Below are positions 63,904-64,000 of a DNA stretch of 64,000 bases, piece after piece. Position 1 is the stretch's first letter; every line of letters begins with the position of its first letter. This DNA comes from Hydrolagus affinis (lineage: Eukaryota), in assembly GCA_012026655.1 (NCBI GenBank), contig JAAILG010000825.1, positions 1 through 64,000 on the forward strand, given 5' to 3'. Position numbers and translations under genes: made by a program. The notes under the pieces were generated by a model. It was given only the letters and a program-made list of their open reading frames with translations, was not told where the DNA came from and searched no databases.

Positions 63904-64000
63904 CTGATAACCCCGGGGTCAGTCATTCTCCATGTTATTAGGTCACAAATAACATCACTTCCCGAGTATTGAACAAGCGCATGTTGCAGGAGGCGGCCAT

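Noticed and set aside
1-64000. Prokaryotic-type novel system (defence island, CRISPR, operon)
   Set aside because: Coding density is near zero and the sequence is dominated by vertebrate SINE, LINE and DNA-transposon repeats; nothing supports such a system.

Overview
AT-rich, non-coding vertebrate genomic DNA with one 100-N assembly gap. It is not prokaryotic: I found no operons, CRISPR array or rRNA, and no intact protein-coding ORF. The repeat content points to a cartilaginous fish, most likely a holocephalan such as elephant shark; this is inferred from remembered repeat consensuses, not from a database search. The window looks like a large intron or intergenic tract layered with transposable elements. 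These include many copies of one tRNA-headed SINE in at least three structural subfamilies, L2 LINE fragments (RT YADD motifs, an endonuclease piece, 3' tails) and CR1 3' ends. There are also old Deu-domain and AmnSINE2-like SINE relics, pogo/Tigger-type elements with TA target duplications (one keeps a transposase fragment), a four-member MITE family, a hAT-like MITE and a Tc2-like end. The ORFs I could assign are TE-derived, and the rest look like chance ORFs. I could not identify a host-gene exon. A few splice-competent short exon candidates and repeat-poor islands (possible conserved non-coding elements) are flagged at low confidence. I found no convincing novel biological system; the most interesting signals concern SINE architecture, nested insertions and inverted-repeat pairs. 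Boundaries of decayed repeats are approximate.
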